Origin: an uncultured Candidatus Altimarinota bacterium
GTDB lineage: Bacteria; Patescibacteriota; Gracilibacteria; BD1-5; UBA6164
Length of the DNA: 64,000 nucleotides
Assembly: GCA_963979005.1 (NCBI GenBank)
Contig: CAXBVF010000001.1
Span: 177 to 64,176 of the forward strand
Direction: 5' to 3'
A program made the translations under genes and the position numbers. Under the pieces are notes generated by a model. It did not search any database, was not told where the DNA came from, and was given only the letters and a program-made list of their open reading frames with translations. Positions 23,601 to 35,612 of the stretch are shown piece by piece. The stretch's first letter is position 1; every line of letters begins with the position of its first letter.

Positions 23601-23849
23601 GATTCTATTGTTACATGATTATTTAAATGAGAAAGTTCTACTACAACAAATATATTATTAGTTAATGGTTCTCTATATTGAAACATTAATGATTTAATAT
23701 CAAAAAGAACTTATGTTAAACAACAAAGCTCTGGTTTAATAGATGTTTGAACAATAGTAAGTTTTGGGTCTTCTTTATTTAGAAAACCAGCACCATTGAT
23801 AACAACATTTATTAATGAATATCTAACAGCAGATAAAATTGCAAAATAA
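20670..23849 (+). CDS. Large secreted Cys-rich repeat protein
   Basis: 1059 aa with TGA=Gly and a signal peptide. Two CGDG-type Cys-rich modules (RYCGDEIREATEGEQCDDGNNINGDGCSATCQ and FCGDGGLQRPNDDSILEECDFGSG...) flank five 4-Cys repeats. Confidence 0.7.
21594..22570 (+). repeat. Five tandem in-frame 4-Cys repeats (period 192-198 nt)
   Basis: Units start at 21594, 21786, 21978, 22173 and 22371. The consensus is C.AGT..G.Q......(L/Y)C(P/S).G....F.......Y.W.C.G..GG.C.A.Y. Confidence 0.75.
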
Positions 23850-23850
23850 A

Positions 23851-23879
23851 AAAATGTGGAAATTTCCACATTTTTTTTT
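23851..23879 (+). terminator. Intrinsic terminator
   Basis: Palindrome tgtggaaatttccaca flanked by an A-run and a T-run. Confidence 0.6.
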
Positions 23880-23930
23880 ATACTATTTAAAATAAGAATA
23901 TATTATTAGATAATAAATAAAGAATAAAAA

Positions 23931-24458
23931 ATGAAAATAACAATTTTTTGACTTGCATGAAGTGGGACATCTACTGTATGAAAAGCCTTAGCAAAAGAAT
24001 TAAGCTATGATTTTAAGTCTACTTGAAATATAATGAGGGAATGGGCAGAAGAAATGTGATTAAGCTTGTATGAATTTGAGGATAAAATTATTAAAACTGA
24101 TAAATCTTTTGATAATAAATTGGATACAAAAGTAGTTAAATTTTGAGAGAATAATGATAATTTTATTTTTGAGAGTAGATTAGCGTGGAATTTTATTCCA
24201 GATTCTTTTAAAATATATTTAAAATGTGATGAAGATGAAAGATATAATAGAATACAAAAAAGAGAATGAATTAATCCAGAAATAGTAGAAAAAAATAAAA
24301 AAAGAGAAAGTGAACTGGTAGAAAGATACAAAATAGTTTATCCTGATATAAATTTCCCTCCTAAGGATGATGTTTTTGAATTAGTTATAGATGTAACTGA
24401 TAAATTGCCAGAAAAGATAATAGAGCTTATTATAGAAAAACTAAATATGATAAAATAA
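23931..24458 (+). CDS. cmk: Cytidylate kinase-like P-loop kinase (short, archaeal-type)
   Basis: 175 aa. The P-loop is FGLAGSGTSTVGKALA (four Gly encoded by TGA/GGN). The remainder resembles the Cytidylate_kin2 family. Confidence 0.6.
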
Positions 24459-24463
24459 TTTAT

Positions 24464-24504
24464 AACAAAATTTTTTACAATACCTTATATGAATTATTTA
24501 GTAA
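24464..24504 (+). repeat. Conserved 41-nt intergenic motif, copy A
   Basis: aacaaaattttttacaataccttatatgaattatttagtaa. It matches copy B at 25254-25294 in 36 of 41 positions. Confidence 0.7.
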
Positions 24505-24574
24505 GTGTAAAAGAATTTCTTATATAAAATTATTTTATTATATTTAGAATATTAATCATTATTAAGTTAAATTT

Positions 24575-25228
24575 ATGAAAATACATATTATTAGCATATT
24601 TCCTGAAAGTTTTGAGTCATATTTTTCTAGTTCAATTATTTGAAAAGCTAGTGAAAAATGACTTTTTAGTATAGAGTTACATAAATTGAATAATTTTTCA
24701 GAAGATAAATTTAAAAGAGTGGATAATAATGCATATGGTATGCATGGACAAGTAATTTCTGCAGAACCATTAAGTAAAGCTATAGAATATATTTTTAATG
24801 ATGTATGATCTAAAATTCCTGTTATATATATGTCACCAAGTTGAGATTTATTGACTCAGGAAAAAATAGAAAATTATTATGAAGAATTAAATGGAGAATT
24901 TATTATCATTTGTGGTCATTATGAATGAATAGATGAGAGAATTATAGACATGTATGTAGATTACAAGATAAGTATAGGAGAATATGTGCTAAGTAGCTGA
25001 GAATTGTCTGCTAGCGTATTTTTAGATGCTTTAATTAGACATATACCAGGAGTATTATGAAATATAGAATCATTAAATGAGGATAGTTTTTCTAAAAGAT
25101 TTGATAGACAAAAAGAGTATCCTGTGTATACTCGTCCAGAAGAATTCATGTGAAAAAAAGTCCCAGAAATATTACTTTCAGGGAATCACAAAGAGATAGA
25201 AAAATGGAAAAAAGAAAATTTAACTTAA
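24575..25228 (+). CDS. trmD: tRNA (guanine37-N1)-methyltransferase
   Basis: 217 aa. Contains IISIFPESF, DNNAYGMHGQV, ICGHYEGIDERI, SIGEYVLSSGEL and LLSGNHKEIEKW, which are TrmD signatures. Confidence 0.85.
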
Positions 25229-25253
25229 AAATAAAAAAGTTAAATAATTATTA

Positions 25254-25294
25254 AACAAAATTTTTCGCAATACCTTATATGAATTACATAGTTA
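25254..25294 (+). repeat. Conserved 41-nt intergenic motif, copy B
   Basis: aacaaaatttttcgcaataccttatatgaattacatagtta. See copy A. Confidence 0.7.
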
Positions 25295-25331
25295 ATGCTC
25301 AAAACTTATTATTAAAATTATTTAACTTTTT

Positions 25332-25838
25332 ATGAATATAGACGTATCTAATATAATTGAAAAACTTTATGAGTGAGTAACTTTTGAAGTATTTATAAAG
25401 TTTGTGATTGTATATTTCTTTATTATTTGGATAGCTATTTTACTTTGGGTAATAAAAGATATTTCTAATAGAACTAGTAATACATTATTACAAATTATAT
25501 CTATATTGGTTATATTATTTTTAACACCTTTTTGAATATTCATTTATCTTTTGATTAGACCAGGGAAGACCTTGTTTGAAAAATATTATGAAGAGATAGA
25601 GGAAAACTTAGATACATTTAATCAAATAATAGAAGATAAAACAAGACAATGTGAGGCTGAAGATCATTGTTTTAGTTGTGAAGAACCAATAAGTCATAAC
25701 TTTAAATTTTGTCCAAAGTGTAAAACAGTCTTAAAAAGGGAATGTTTTCATTGTTCTAAATTATTATACTCTGATTGGAAAGTGTGTCCGTATTGTTGAA
25801 AAAAACAGAAAAAGTTAAAAATAAAAAAAGATGATTAA
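25332..25838 (+). CDS. Membrane protein with a C-terminal double zinc-ribbon
   Basis: 168 aa with two transmembrane helices, followed by CFSCEEP...CPKC...CFHC...CPYC (four CxxC pairs). Confidence 0.6.
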
Positions 25839-25851
25839 ATCATCTTTTTTT
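25823..25851. terminator. Bidirectional terminator between convergent genes
   Basis: agatgat, loop taa, atcatct, flanked by an A-run and a T-run. It overlaps the 3' end of tig. Confidence 0.55.
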
Positions 25852-27166
25852 ATTTAGTAGTTTTTTTCTCTATTTCAAAGAAGCTATCAATTAATTTTCT
25901 ATAAGCCATTCTTTGTCTTAGTTCTTCGTAATATTTATTACCAGGAACATATAACTCTTTCAATCTAGCTAGTACATCTTTTGAACCATAATTAGCAAGA
26001 ATATTTTCTACTTCTACTTTTAATTCTTTATCTGTTACTTCAGTTTTTTCTGTTTCATTTAGTTTATGTAAAATTAATTCTCCTTGTAATCTTTTTAAGG
26101 CTACAGTTTTTACATTTTTTTCTTTATATGTTTCTTCATCCATTTTTAAGCTTTCTAGATAGTCTGATATTTTCATTCCATCTTTTGCTATGTTTTCTTT
26201 TATTTCAGAGTAAACTTTTTCTATTTGGTTTTTTAATAAACCATTACCTATTTCCATTTTAGTTACTTTTAGAAGTTCATCTATTAGTTTAGTTTCTTCA
26301 TCTATTCTAGCATTTGATTCTTTAGTACCTGTTATTTCTTCTTTTATTAATTTTTTGAATCCATCTAAATCAAGTTTTTTACCTCTTAATTGCTCGATAA
26401 ACTCAGGAGTAAATTCTGGTTTAACTGCTTTTTCTAATTTTTTAATATTTACTTTAAAACTAGTTTTTTTACCAGCAAAATCAGCGTTATGATAATCTTT
26501 TGGAAAATCAATTGGTAATACTAATTCATCACCTACTTTTGCTCAAGCAATTTGTTCTTCAAAACCAGGAACTAATATATTTGTTCCAAGTACAAGAGGG
26601 TATTCGACCATAGAAGTATTTTCTAGAACGTCTCCATTTTCAGAACCTTCTGTATCAATAGTTACTCTATCTCACATTTTAGCTTTTGCAGTTTTGCTTG
26701 TTGTTTCTTCAAATTTTGTAAATTTTGTTTCTATTTGTTCTAATGCAGTTTTAACTTCAGCAGCACTTACTGTAATTTTTTGTTTTTTAAGTTTAATTTT
26801 TCTATATTTTGAATCTATTTCTATAGTAGGGAATACTTCAATATGAATTTTGAATTTAAGAGGAGATTCAGAAATTATTTCTTTTATTTCAGCTTGTGCA
26901 ACTGGCATTATTTTTTCTTTTCTAAGCGCTTCTCTATAAATACCATCGATTGCAAAATCAATAGACATTTTATTAATATATTCATCTCCATATTGTCTAA
27001 CTAAAATATTTTCAGGTATTTTAGCTCATTTTCTAAATCATTTTATATCAGCATTTTTTTCTAAGTGTTCTAGGGCCTGTTTTCTATATTTTGCTACATT
27101 TTTAGCTTCTTCTTCTACTACTAATTCTACAATTGAATCTGGAAGTAAATTTTTCTCTATTTTCAT
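25850..27166 (-). CDS. tig: Trigger factor
   Basis: 438 aa with TGA=Gly, joining track fragments 25850-26257 and 26672-26968. The N-terminal GFRKGAKIPENILVRQYG motif and an FKBP-like middle domain are present. Confidence 0.85.
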
Positions 27167-27225
27167 GTGTCTTTTTTAAATTATAAATAACGCGAGGATT
27201 ATATTAGTAATTGTATAAAAGGCAA

Positions 27226-27263
27226 GAAAAAAACAGGTCTAGATTAATCTAGACCTGTTTTTT
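27226..27263. terminator. Hairpin terminator upstream of tig, at the 3' end of the 27262 gene
   Basis: acaggtctagat pairs with atctagacctgt, flanked by an A-run and a T-run. Confidence 0.55.
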
Positions 27264-28410
27264 AATCATAATAATTTCACATTCTATAATCATAATTTCA
27301 GATTTCATCATTATATTCATATATAATTCAATAGTCTTCGTATTGTTGAAAATCAACGGGAAGATAATCCATGAATCATTCATCAAATAATTCTTTTGCA
27401 TTTATACTTGGTTCTCAATTTTTTGCTTGATATTTTTTATCAGCTCTTTCAATATATTCTAGATTAAGTTCACGAATTGCTTTGTTCAAATAATTTACAC
27501 ATTTAGTATCTGATAGAATATCATCCTCTTTTTCTTCAGAAAATTCTCAGTATATTTTTGTTCTAGTTTCTCAAATATTTTTTAATATCACTCAACTAAG
27601 AGGAACATTTTTATTTATAAATATTTCGGCTCCAGCTTGTTCTAGATCTCCAGCAAATTTTAAACAAAGTTCATCTTCAGTTTCAATAAATTTGGCTATA
27701 TTTAAAAACATAAAATATGCTTTTTCTCTATCTCATCATTTTCATGACATTATAGCAGCCATTATTCTTGATCATGATAATCCATCTTCTATTGCACTAG
27801 CTATTTTATAATATAGAGCAGCCTCGTTTGGCTGATTTTTATAATAGTAGTATATATATGCTAGATAGTAGGGTATATTATATTCAGAACAAGGATCTTT
27901 ATATTTTTCTTCTGTCCAAATTTTTTGAAGATTATTTTCATTTTTTATTAATTCAATTTTTTCTGGGTCACAGAAATTTTTAATTCATTTTAATCATAAA
28001 CTTATTCATTCATCTATATTTCTTGTTTGCTCTTCATCTGATAATTCTTCATATCTTTGATTATAACTAGGCAACAATAATTGACCTATAGTATAAGGGT
28101 GTTCAAAATATGGATTTAATTCAGTAACTAAATCTAAAATTACATATAAATATTTTTTATATTCAGATCAAATAGCATTTCATCATATATATTGTATTGT
28201 TTCTAACCAATATATATCTGCTCTCAAGTTTTTATATCAAAATGAACTATTTACTGCAGCTTCCTTTGTTGGTAGATTTTCTGGATGCTCTATGAAACTT
28301 CTTTTGATTTCTATATGTTTAGTATAATTAAGTGAATTAACCTGATAAAAACCAATTATAGATAATATTAATAAACTTACAGTTATTAATCTCTTGTTTA
28401 CTTTTTTCAT
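27262..28410 (-). CDS. Hypothetical membrane-anchored protein (helical-repeat-like)
   Basis: 382 aa with TGA=Gly and an N-terminal transmembrane anchor. It is Tyr- and Glu-rich. I recognise no family. Confidence 0.55.
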
Positions 28411-28425
28411 TTTTTTATTTAATTT

Positions 28426-28920
28426 TTAAATATCATCACCATCAATATCGATAGTAAGTTTAGGTTGTTCTTTACAAATATATAGTCTTCTTTCTTTTCA
28501 TTCTCATATACTTTTTGTAGAAATTGTTTTATCATTTAGATCTGAAACGAAAGAATGTATTTTTTTTCTTTCATATGCTCAATAGAATGGAAGACATGCA
28601 TCTTTACCAGTTCTCTCCACATATGCTATTTCTTTTTTTATAAAATCGAATAATCTATCATCTTTAGTTTTCATATAGTCATTAATTTCTATATGAAGTT
28701 TAATTCTTTCTCAAAGCTTTTTTCAAGCCATTAATCTCAATATATTCTGTAGAGCATCTAGGTTCCTTCCGTGCGGTCATATAAGCATTCCAGAGTCTTC
28801 TGTTTTTATTTTCATATTGAAAATTTTTTTTTCTTCGCTATTTATTACTTCCAAAGAATCTATATTTATATTTAGTTTTTCAAAGAAGTCCAAGCCTAAT
28901 GCCTTTATCTCGTTTTGCAT
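28426..28920 (-). CDS. jag: Jag/KhpB-like RNA-binding protein (KH plus R3H)
   Basis: 164 aa. MLIGPHGRNLDALQNILRL is a KH-type GxxG segment. The C-terminal YERKKIHSFVS resembles an R3H domain. Confidence 0.7.
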
Positions 28921-29060
28921 ATAATTTCTTTTATTGTATAAAACTATAAAAAGATTAATAAAAAAAAGTCTTTTTACAAGTTTTTATATTTTTTTGACTT
29001 TTATAAAAAAATACTTATTCTGTGCCAAAGATTTTCTTTATTTATTCAGTAACTTTAATA

Positions 29061-31493
29061 ATGCCAGATAAAAAAATAGTAGATGATTATTATTCTCAAA
29101 TTAATCCTTCATCTGATGATTCAAATAAAAAAGCTTTGTCTAAAAAACCAAAAATAGTAGCAAAGAAAAAAATAATTGTAAAAAAACCAAAAGTAACTCC
29201 TGTAAATGAAGCTACTCCTTCTTGAGATGTTAAAAATAATAATCCTGTTAAAAAAGTAGTTGTTTGAAAAGATTCCTTAAAGTCAAAATGATTTGTTCAA
29301 AGGATGGATATTGTAAAAAGACCAAATAACTGATGAGTTAAAAAAGAATGATCAGCTTGAAAAGACTGAGCAAGAGTCGATAATAAACCAAGAAAGTTTA
29401 CTATAATCAAAAGATGAGATCCAAATTATGTAGATAGATCAAAGAAAAGAACAACTGCTTCTGAATGAAATGGTGTTAAATTCAAGCTAAGAGGAGCAAA
29501 TGACTCTCAGGCAAAAAAATTTACTAATAATAAAAAATCAACAAAATGATCTAGTTTTGATGCGTCTAAAGATGCTAAAAAATCAAAATTAGCTTGATGA
29601 GATAGAAGAACAAGATGAAAATTTAATTTTGGAAGAGAACAAGAAGTAACATTCACAAGATCAAATAAAGTTAATAAAAAAGAAGAAAAAAATATTGAAG
29701 ATATTAAACAAAATTTGGTAGATAGAAAATGAGAAACTGTTATAGTATCTGAATTTTTGACATTAAAGGAACTTTCAGAAAAAATTTGAACAGCATTACC
29801 AATGTTAATGGCTGAATTTATGAAAAACTGAATGATGGTTAATATAAATTCAAAAATTGATTTTGATTCAGCTTCTATTGTGGCTGAGGCATTTGAAGTT
29901 AAATTAGAAAAAGACGCATCAGGTGGAGCATCTGTTGAGGATATTATTACATGAGATATATCTGAATTATTAAAAGAAGATGATTCTTCTAAATTAAAAC
30001 CTAGAGGGCCTGTTGTTTCGATTATGTGACATGTTGATCATGGTAAAACATCACTTTTGGATTATATTAGAAAAGCAAAAGTTGCTTCAGGTGAAGCTGG
30101 TTGAATCACGCAAAGTATATGAGCATATCAAGTAGAATTAGATAATTGAAAAATTACCTTTTTAGATACTCCATGACATGAAGCCTTTACTATAATGAGA
30201 GCTAGATGAGCAAAATTAACAGATATTGCTATTTTAGTGGTAGCTGCTGATGAATGAGTAAAACCTCAGACTATAGAATCAATTAATCATGCAAAAGAGG
30301 CGGGAATTCCTGTTATAGTTGCTATAAATAAGATGGATAAAGAATGAGCTAATCCAGATCATGTTAAATGACAATTATCAGAAAATGGTTTAACTCCTGA
30401 AGATTGGGGAGGAGATACTCCTATGGTTCCAGTTTCAGCACAAACAGGATTTTGAATTGAGGATTTATTAGAAATTATTCTTTTAGTTGCTGAAATGAAG
30501 GAATTAAAAGCAAATCCTGATAGATCTTGAATTGCTACTATTATAGAATCACATCTAGATAGTAAATTAGGTCCAGTTGCAACAGTTTTAGTTAATGCTT
30601 GAACAGTTAAAATGTGAGACAATATTGTATGTCAGGATTCTTGTTGAAAAATTAAAGTATTAAAAAATTATACTAATCATGGTGTGAAATTTGCATTTCC
30701 ATGAGAACCAGTTTTAATTGTTTGATTAAATAGAGTTGTTGATGGTTGAGATATTTTACAAGTAGTTAATACTGTAGAATTAGCAAAACAAAAAGCAGAA
30801 GAATATAGAACAATATTAGCAAAACAAAAACTTGCTGGAGCTTCTTGATTAGCATTATTAATGTCAAAAATAAAGGCTTGAAACTTAAAACAATTAAAAG
30901 TAATATTAAAAGCTGATACAAATTGATCTCTAGAAGCGATTAGAGGTTCATTATTGAAATTATCTACTCCAGAGACAACAGTTGAGGTAATTCATGCATG
31001 AGTATGATCTATTTCTGAGGGGGATATAGTTATGGGGCAATGAAGTGAAGCAATACTTGTGTGATTTAATGTATGAGTATTACCGACTGCTAAATGAGTA
31101 CTAGATTCATCATGAGTAGAATATATTAGTAGTGAAATAATCTATCATATTACAGAAAGAATTGAAAAAATTATTACCTGAATGCTTGATCCAAAAGAAA
31201 TTGATATTGATCTTGGTAAAGCTAAAGTTTGAGGAGTCTTCTTTACATGAAAATGATTTATGATTCTTTGACTTAAAATTGAGGCAGATAATAAAATTGA
31301 AAATAATGCATTAGTAAGAGTTATTAGAAAGAAAAAAATGCTATGAGTTTGAAAAATAGAATCATTGAAAAGTTGAACACTAGAAGTAAAGGATTTAGAG
31401 TGACCAATTGAGTGTTGAATTAAATTTGTTTGAAATGTATCTGTTGAAGATGGAGATGATTTAGAAATTCATAAGGTTGAAATACAAAAATAG
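29061..31493 (+). CDS. infB: Translation initiation factor IF-2
   Basis: 810 aa. G1 is GHVDHGKTSLLD (first Gly = TGA at 30027), G3 is DTPGHEAF (Gly = TGA at 30174), G4 is NKMD. The N-terminal region is Lys-rich. I chose the ATG at 29061 over the track's GTG at 29022. Confidence 0.9.
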
Positions 31494-31569
31494 ATAAATT
31501 GAGTCTATATTTTGTATTTTGCTTATTTTTGTGTTAATATATATGTAGTTATTATTAATAGTATAAATT

Positions 31570-31980
31570 ATGTCTATTTTAGATTGAATAGAGATTCTCT
31601 CAGATTTATTAGAAACTGAAAGGGAAGAGCTATCAATGTTCTGTCAAGAAAAACATCTATCCGCATGAGATGTATTATTTAATGAGGAAGATGAGGCTTC
31701 GGCAATGTATATATTAAAAGAGTGAAATATTGAAATTTCTAGAAATATAGACTGAGAAAAAGTTATTCTATGAGAAGTGCATTCAGAAGAAATTTTATGA
31801 GAAATGGCTTTATTTTGAGATGTAAACAAAAGAATGGCTACTGCTACTGCATCTGAATCATGTGTATTGATAGTTATTTTATCATTTTCTATAAAGGAAC
31901 TTACATATAAACATCCAGACTTACTATGAAAAATTAAAATGATAATTAATGATAGGATGATTAGCAATAAAAATAAATAA
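31570..31980 (+). CDS. Cyclic nucleotide-binding domain protein
   Basis: 136 aa. Contains FNEEDEASAMYILKEG...ILGEMALFGDVNKRMATATA, the cNMP-binding phosphate-binding-cassette pattern. Confidence 0.65.
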
Positions 31981-32010
31981 TTATTCTAGTAATCAAAAAT
32001 GAATTTTGTC

Positions 32011-32050
32011 AAAGCGAAATATTAAATTTTATTTAATATTTCGCTTTTTT
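32011..32050 (+). terminator. Intrinsic terminator
   Basis: aaagcgaaatattaaat, loop ttt, atttaatatttcgcttt, followed by a T-run. Confidence 0.65.
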
Positions 32051-32225
32051 ATTTATAATAAAAATATCTTTAAAAAATGAGAGATTATAATTAGTAATTA
32101 AAGACTTCAATAGTCAATAATATCTAACAAAAAGAGGGGAAAGCAAAAAAACTTCAAAAAAGATTTGCATTTCATTCTTTTATACATATGATACCGGCAC
32201 TTCGTAATTTTAATCGACTTTATTT

Positions 32226-32456
32226 ATGTCAAATAAACAAGATAAAATAGAGGTAGAGTGAACAATTACAAAAGCTCTACCTGGCCTGGTTTTTGATATT
32301 CAATTACCAGAAGAGTTTTGATGATGAATTATTCAATGATATCTAAGTTGAAAAATGAGAAATAATTTTATAAAACTTATCGAATGAGATAAGGTATTAG
32401 TAGAATTATCACCTTATGATTTAACTAAGGGGAGAATAATCTTCAGGCAAAAATAG
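32226..32456 (+). CDS. infA: Translation initiation factor IF-1
   Basis: 76 aa. The S1-like fold is indicated by EVEGTITKALPGLVFDIQL...[33 protein letters not shown]. Confidence 0.85.
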
Positions 32457-32507
32457 TTTTTATACTCAGTATAATGAGTTTAATTTAATTAATTTTTTTA
32501 ATTATTT

Positions 32508-32621
32508 ATGAAAGTAAGAGCTTCTGTAAAACCTATATGTGATAAATGTAAGGTTATAAAAAGAAAAGGTATTGTGAGAGTTATATGTGAAACTGCAAAA
32601 CATAAACAAAGACAAGGTTAA
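32508..32621 (+). CDS. rpmJ: Ribosomal protein L36
   Basis: [37 protein letters not shown]. Confidence 0.9.
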   Translation: MKVRASVKPICDKCKVIKRKGIVRVICETAKHKQRQG

Positions 32622-32683
32622 CATAAAACATTTAAAATATACTTTTAAACAAAATATTATTTAATATTTAATTATTAATTCGT

Positions 32684-33052
32684 ATGGCAAGAATTTCTTG
32701 AGTAAATTTACCAAATGGTAAGCATGCAGAAATTGCATTAACTTATATATATGGTATTGGAAGAACTGCTGCTAATCTTATTTTAGCAAAAGTTAAAATT
32801 GAAAAAACAACAAAAATTGAAAAACTTTCTGAAGCTGATTTAGATAAAATCAGAGATGAAATAAAAGAAAATTATGTTGTTGAATGAGATCTTAGAAGAT
32901 TGGTTTCTGGTAATATTAAAAGATTACAAGAAATAAATTGTTATAGAGGTCAAAGACATAGAAAGAGATTACCTGTTAGAGGACAAAGCACTAAAACTAA
33001 TGCTAAGACTAGAAAAGGTAAATCTACAGCGGTAGCTGGTAAAAAGAAATAA
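32684..33052 (+). CDS. rpsM: Ribosomal protein S13
   Basis: [30 protein letters not shown]..., 122 aa. Confidence 0.9.
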
Positions 33053-33105
33053 TAAATATATCTTAAGGATATATTAATACTTTATAAAAATATTTACATT
33101 AAATT

Positions 33106-33498
33106 ATGGCTAAACCAACTGTAAAGAAAAGTAAAAAAACTAGACAAATAATTCCACATGGACAAGCTCATATTATGGCTTCGTTTAATAATACTATTGT
33201 TAGTATTACAGATGAAAAAGGTAATGTGTTAACTTGGTCTACTGGATGATCTGCTGGTTTTAAAGGTGCAAGAGAGTCTACTCCTTACGCTGCTCAAATT
33301 ACTGCTGAGCAAGCAATGGAAAAAGCTAAAACTCTACATTCTGTTGAAACTGTTGACGTTTACGTTAAAGGAATCGGTATTTGAAGAGAACAAGCTATTA
33401 GAGGGTTAATATCAACTGGTGTTGAGCTTAGAGCTATATATGATGTTACTCCAATTCCACACAATGGGTGTAGAAAAAAGAAAGTTAGAAAATTATAA
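33106..33498 (+). CDS. rpsK: Ribosomal protein S11
   Basis: [46 protein letters not shown]..., 130 aa. Confidence 0.9.
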
Positions 33499-33557
33499 TT
33501 CTTTCTTTAAATATATTAAAACAGATATTAACTTTAAAATTTTAAATTTAATTTAAC

Positions 33558-34181
33558 ATGAGGTACACTTGACCAAAGAAAAAACTTTGTAGAAGAGAAG
33601 GTGTTAATTTGTTTGGTACTGAAAAATATGATTTAAACAATTCTAAGAGAGCTCCTCTAAGATCTAGAAAATCGTCAGAATTCGGTACTCAATTAAGAAA
33701 AAAACAATTAGCAAAAAGAATGTTTTGATTATCTGAAAAACAATTCGTTTCTTATTTTAAGAAAGCACAAAAATCTACTGCTGAATGAACTACATGAGAA
33801 AAAATGTTAAAACTAATCGAATTAAGATTAGATAATGTAGTTTACAGAGCTAACTTCGCTAGAACTAGAATCCAATCTAGACAATTTGTAAGTCATGCTC
33901 ATTTCACAGTTAATTGAGTGAAAGTAGATGTTCCATCTATTTCAGTTAAAATTTGAGATGTTATCGCTTTGAGAGATAAACTAAAAGAAAGTCCTTTATA
34001 TAAATCTTTATTAGAAGAATTAGAAGAATTTTCAAAACAAAATAAAGGTAGCGTTTCTGGATGTAAATGGATAGAAGTAGATTCTAAAAAATTAACAATT
34101 ACTATAACTGCTCTACCTACTAAAGAAGATTTCGAACAAATAATTGATATCCAAAAAATAGTAGAGTTTTATTCTAAATAG
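33558..34181 (+). CDS. rpsD: Ribosomal protein S4
   Basis: [20 protein letters not shown]...[30 protein letters not shown], 207 aa. Confidence 0.9.
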
Positions 34182-34210
34182 TTTAATTATTTTTGTAATC
34201 AATTTAAAAT

Positions 34211-35191
34211 ATGCATATTATACATAATACAATTGGGGTACCTAAAATCATACAAAAGGACTTAGAAAATAACTCAGCTTCTTTTACAGTATGACCATTA
34301 CCTAAAGGTTATGGAGTAACGATTTGAAATTCTCTTAGAAGAACATTATTATCTTCTATACCTGGAACTAGAATAACTTGAATAAAAGTTGCATGAGTTA
34401 GTCATGAATATTCAACTCTTCCATGAGTTAAGGATAGTATTATTGATATTATACTTAATCTAAAAGGATTAGTTTTAAATAAAGCTGATACTGGAATTGA
34501 ATGGTTAAAACTTTCAAAAAAGAAAGCATGAAAAGTTACTGCAGCTGATATAAAAGCTCCTGCTGGTATAGAAATCTTAAATAAAGATTTATATATCACA
34601 GAAATTGATCAAGATTGATTAGAACTGAATATAGATATAAGAGTTGAAAAATGAGTTTGATACTTAACTATTGAAGAACTAAAGGATAAAGAGGAAGATG
34701 TTGAAGTATTACTTGTTGATGCAAACTTCTCTCCGGTTGTAAATGTTAAATATAACATTGAACAAGCAAGATTTTGAGAAATGACTAATTTAGATTCTCT
34801 TGAAATGGTAGTTACAACAAATGGAGCAATTTCTCCAGTTGATGCAATTAAATTTTCATGAGATATGCTAACTTCATATTTTTCTATATTTAACGAAGAT
34901 TCTTTACAAGTTGAATGACAATTCATTTCAAATGTAACCGAATTAATAAATAAAGAAAAAGAAGAGGTACAAGAAGAATTAGAAAAAGAAACTTATACTC
35001 CTATTGAAATTATGGGATTATCTCCTAGAACATTGAACGCGTTAATTAATTGAGATATACTTTCAATTGAAAAACTTACTAAATGTACTGAAACAAAACT
35101 TTCTTCTATCAAATGATTTGGTAAGAAAGCAATGACTGAGATAAGATCATCTCTTGCTGAAAGAGGATTAAAATTATTAGGGGATGATTAA
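34211..35191 (+). CDS. rpoA: DNA-directed RNA polymerase alpha subunit
   Basis: 326 aa. Contains [33 protein letters not shown] and the C-terminal domain IEIMGLSPRTLNALINGDILSIEKL. Confidence 0.9.
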
Positions 35192-35224
35192 GAATTCTAT
35201 TTATAACTATTACACTTATTAAAA

Positions 35225-35587
35225 ATGAGACATAGAGTTAGAAAAAATTTAAAGTTTAATAACAAAAGCTTCTCACATAGAGATCTTATGCAAAGAAACT
35301 TACTAACATCTTTTTTCATGCACAAATCAATTAAAACAACTGTAAAAAAAGCTAAATTAATAGTTCCTATGGTTGATAAATTAATTAATGTTGCTAATAC
35401 TAAAGATGAAATGAATGCAATTAGATATGTAATGAAATATCTATTTACAAAAGAAGCTTCACTTGAATTATTCAAGAATGTTGCTCCAAAATATAAAGGA
35501 AATAAAACCTCTGGTTTTACAAGAGCTACTGCCGTTAATCTAAGAGATTGAGACAATGCTAAAATTGTAAAATTAGAACTAGTTTAA
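35225..35587 (+). CDS. rplQ: Ribosomal protein L17
   Basis: [44 protein letters not shown]... The frame continues through one TGA to TAA 35585-35587. Confidence 0.9.
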
Positions 35588-35612
35588 TTTAATTACGTTT
35601 AATTTAATAGAC

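Noticed and set aside
29022-29060. The track's upstream starts for infB (GTG 29022), the LPETG protein (16277), rsmH (54644), rplA (62424) and the 57385 ORF (TTG 57672).
   Set aside because: The extensions add hydrophobic or low-complexity residues that do not fit the protein families. Internal ATG or GTG starts give canonical N-termini (MPDKK..., MTKKLL signal peptide, MTDTKSIESRHISVL, MARGKKY) or a properly spaced SD.
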